This document shows, piece by piece, positions 5,073 to 5,756 of a stretch of DNA of 5,756 nt (positions are counted from its first letter, which is position 1; every line of letters starts with the position of its first letter). This DNA comes from a virus: IMG/VR virus record IMGVR_UViG_3300045988_017492. The stretch is one strand, 5' to 3'. Both the position numbers and the translations under genes were made by a program. The notes beneath the pieces were generated by a model. It was not told the DNA's origin. It saw only the letters and a list, made by a program, of their open reading frames with translations, and ran no database searches.

Positions 5073-5119
5073 ATATACGCGCGCATGCGTGCGCGCTACG
5101 CGCGCGCGTGCGTGCGTAC
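5073..5119. repeat. 47-nt alternating purine-pyrimidine tract (CG/TG/CA-rich), Z-DNA-prone and hairpin-prone
   Basis: The tract atatacgcgcgcatgcgtgcgcgc|tacgcgcgcgcgtgcgtgcgtac alternates perfectly over 5073..5096 and 5097..5119, with one phase slip at 5096/5097. It contains a 7-bp hairpin (gcgcgca 5079..5085 with tgcgcgc 5090..5096), the 12-nt palindrome acgcgcgcgcgt (5098..5109), and an alternative 9-bp stem 5097..5105 with 5110..5118. Confidence 0.85.
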
Positions 5120-5124
5120 CGGCA

Positions 5125-5142
5125 GCCCCCTTGCTAGGGGGC
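5125..5142. other. Hairpin A1: GCCCCC-ttgcta-GGGGGC
   Basis: A 6-bp all-G:C stem (5125..5130 with 5137..5142) and a 6-nt loop. Confidence 0.75.
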
Positions 5143-5150
5143 GCTGACGG

Positions 5151-5183
5151 AAGGGGGTAGGCCGATAGGCCTACCCCCTTTTT
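5151..5183. other. Hairpin A2: 13-bp perfect stem AAGGGGGTAGGCC-gata-GGCCTACCCCCTT followed by T-run on the plus strand
   Basis: 5151..5163 pairs perfectly with 5168..5180 around the tetraloop gata. TTTTT at 5179..5183 follows on the plus strand only. Confidence 0.8.
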
Positions 5184-5226
5184 CGCTGATAACTGATTTA
5201 CATGGAGCTTTGAAGTCTATTTTCAT

Positions 5227-5243
5227 CCCCCCTTCTAGGGGGG
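5227..5243. other. Hairpin B1: CCCCCC-ttcta-GGGGGG (paralogue of A1)
   Basis: A 6-bp all-G:C stem (5227..5232 with 5238..5243). The loop ttcta compares with ttgcta in A1. Confidence 0.75.
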
Positions 5244-5256
5244 ATAATAGAGGGGT

Positions 5257-5289
5257 TAGCCCAGTGCTTACTTGATAGGTACTGGGCTA
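5257..5289. other. Hairpin B2: TAGCCCAGT ... ACTGGGCTA, 9-bp perfect stem extendable inward; starts 11 nt downstream of the Rep stop codon on the minus strand
   Basis: 5257..5265 pairs with 5281..5289. An inner extension (5267:5279, 5269:5277, 5270:5276) adds pairs, with two G:T pairs on the plus strand that become C:A mismatches on the minus strand. The lead-in GGGGTTAGCCC parallels GGGGGTAGGCC of A2. Confidence 0.75.
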
Positions 5290-5299
5290 GGTGACACCG

Positions 5300-5756
5300 T
5301 TAGAGCGTCCCCTTCTTCTTCGTTTGCTTTTTGATGACTCTTTCTTTTGTTTCGCATTGCTCTGCAAAGTCTGTGTTTTCATACTTTAGCCGGTTTTCTG
5401 CTATGGCTGCTGCCTGTCTGTTTTGTTTAATTCTCCACAATCTTTGTGGGTTTTCGGCTTCCATCATTTTTTCATAATAACGTGGAATTTGTGCGTGTTT
5501 TCCGTTTGTGCATTGGATGTATCCTTGTCTCCAGATTTCTGCTTTGTGTTCTTGATAATAGTTGTCTCCTAGTCCCGGTTTTAGGCTCATGCATGCGAAT
5601 GGTTTTTGTTGACCTAACTCGTAGTATTGGTTTGCTTTCTTTCCGTCTATTTCGTACATTTTTTTTGTGACGTATCCTGCAACATATCTGTAAGTTTCCG
5701 GTACTGCTTGTGCTATTTGTATTTGACCCATGCCCCATAGGTCTTCTAGCCATTTA
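5300..5756 (-). CDS. VP4: Replication initiation protein VP4, C-terminal part (stop TAA-equivalent codon at 5302..5300); same gene as 1..662 joined across the circle, 339 aa total
   Basis: The track ORF 5300..5731 begins at an internal Met (residue 197 of the full protein). The frame stays open to the window end and is in phase with 662..1 (5300-5657 = -357, divisible by 3). It contains YRYVAGYVTKK (5686..5661). Confidence 0.9.
   Translation of the reverse strand, partial: KWLEDLWGMGQIQIAQAVPETYRYVAGYVTKKMYEIDGKKANQYYELGQQKPFACMSLKPGLGDNYYQEHKAEIWRQGYIQCTNGKHAQIPRYYEKMMEAENPQRLWRIKQNRQAAAIAENRLKYENTDFAEQCETKERVIKKQTKKKGTL
5658..5756. repeat. Terminal redundancy, copy 2 (identical to 1..99)
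   Basis: See copy 1. Confidence 0.95.

Larger units (their letters stand above)
1..5657. other. One full unit of a circular Microviridae (Gokushovirinae-like) ssDNA phage genome, 5,657 nt; every credible gene is on the window's minus strand
   Basis: The gene set VP1/VP2/VP3/VP4 plus an ORF8-like peptide was recognised by hand translation. An exact 99-nt terminal redundancy closes the circle. The Rep reading frame is continuous across the junction: 662 nt + 358 nt = 1,020 nt = 340 codons. Confidence 0.9.

Noticed and set aside
5051-5080. Direct homology to the 30-nt phiX174 origin (CAACTTGATATTAATAACACTATAGACCAC)
   Set aside because: Only short words are shared (AACTTG, TAGAC, an ATATTA-type run), and they occur in a different order and spacing. 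A 6-mer match is expected by chance in 5.7 kb read on both strands. It is kept only as a weak alternative within the dif-like finding.
5151-5183. 13-bp hairpin plus TTTTT as a rho-independent terminator
   Set aside because: The T-run follows the stem only on the plus strand, where there are no credible genes. On the coding strand the hairpin is followed by ccgtcagc. It could still stop antisense transcription, but a role as ssDNA structure seems more likely.
5121-5290. tRNA-like or small-RNA gene in the hairpin cluster; G-quadruplex/i-motif from the G5/C5 runs
   Set aside because: There is no cloverleaf geometry: the stems are 6 to 14 bp and there is no 7-nt anticodon-type loop or T-arm motif. 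The four G-runs are separated by 11, 80 and 8 nt, and each is already paired with a complementary C-run, so a canonical intramolecular G4 is unlikely.

Overview
The window is one complete circular ssDNA phage genome of the family Microviridae (Gokushovirinae-like) and not a bacterial chromosomal segment. Bases 1..99 are identical to 5658..5756, so the unit length is 5,657 nt and the window is a circle opened inside the replication-initiator gene. All credible genes lie on the window's minus strand. By family knowledge that strand is the mRNA-sense, packaged strand. They form one tightly coupled array behind a single strong sigma-70/sigma-A-type promoter (TTGACA-17-TGgTAAAAT, 4772..4744). In transcription order the genes are: M15-family zinc peptidoglycan peptidase (4719..4327), 40-aa orphan (4325..4203), 74-aa orphan (4196..3972), a 33-aa basic ORF8/J-like DNA-binding protein missing from the ORF track (3967..3866), an 81-aa small accessory protein (3852..3607), scaffold VP3 (3614..3216), major capsid VP1 (3219..1543), pilot/minor capsid VP2 (1504..659), and the HUH rolling-circle initiator VP4. 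VP4 runs 662..1 and wraps to 5756..5300, for 339 aa in total. The plus-strand ORFs in the track look like antisense shadows. The most interesting material is non-canonical. (i) A peptidoglycan peptidase is present with no recognisable holin or signal peptide. (ii) The 580-nt non-coding region (4720..5299, about one tenth of the genome) has an ordered architecture. It holds ten same-orientation yTTTCAACA/TTTTCCACA repeats (DnaA-box-like iterons), an AT-rich core resembling the central region plus XerD arm of dif, a 47-nt alternating purine-pyrimidine (CG/TG) tract, and a duplicated two-hairpin module built on C5-6/G5-6 runs. (iii) A hairpin between VP1 and VP2 looks like an attenuator and would also bring a distant AAGGAGG to about 9 nt from the VP2 start. 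No tRNA, rRNA, CRISPR, integrase or transposase is visible. All functional calls rest on hand translation and remembered family motifs. No database search was run.
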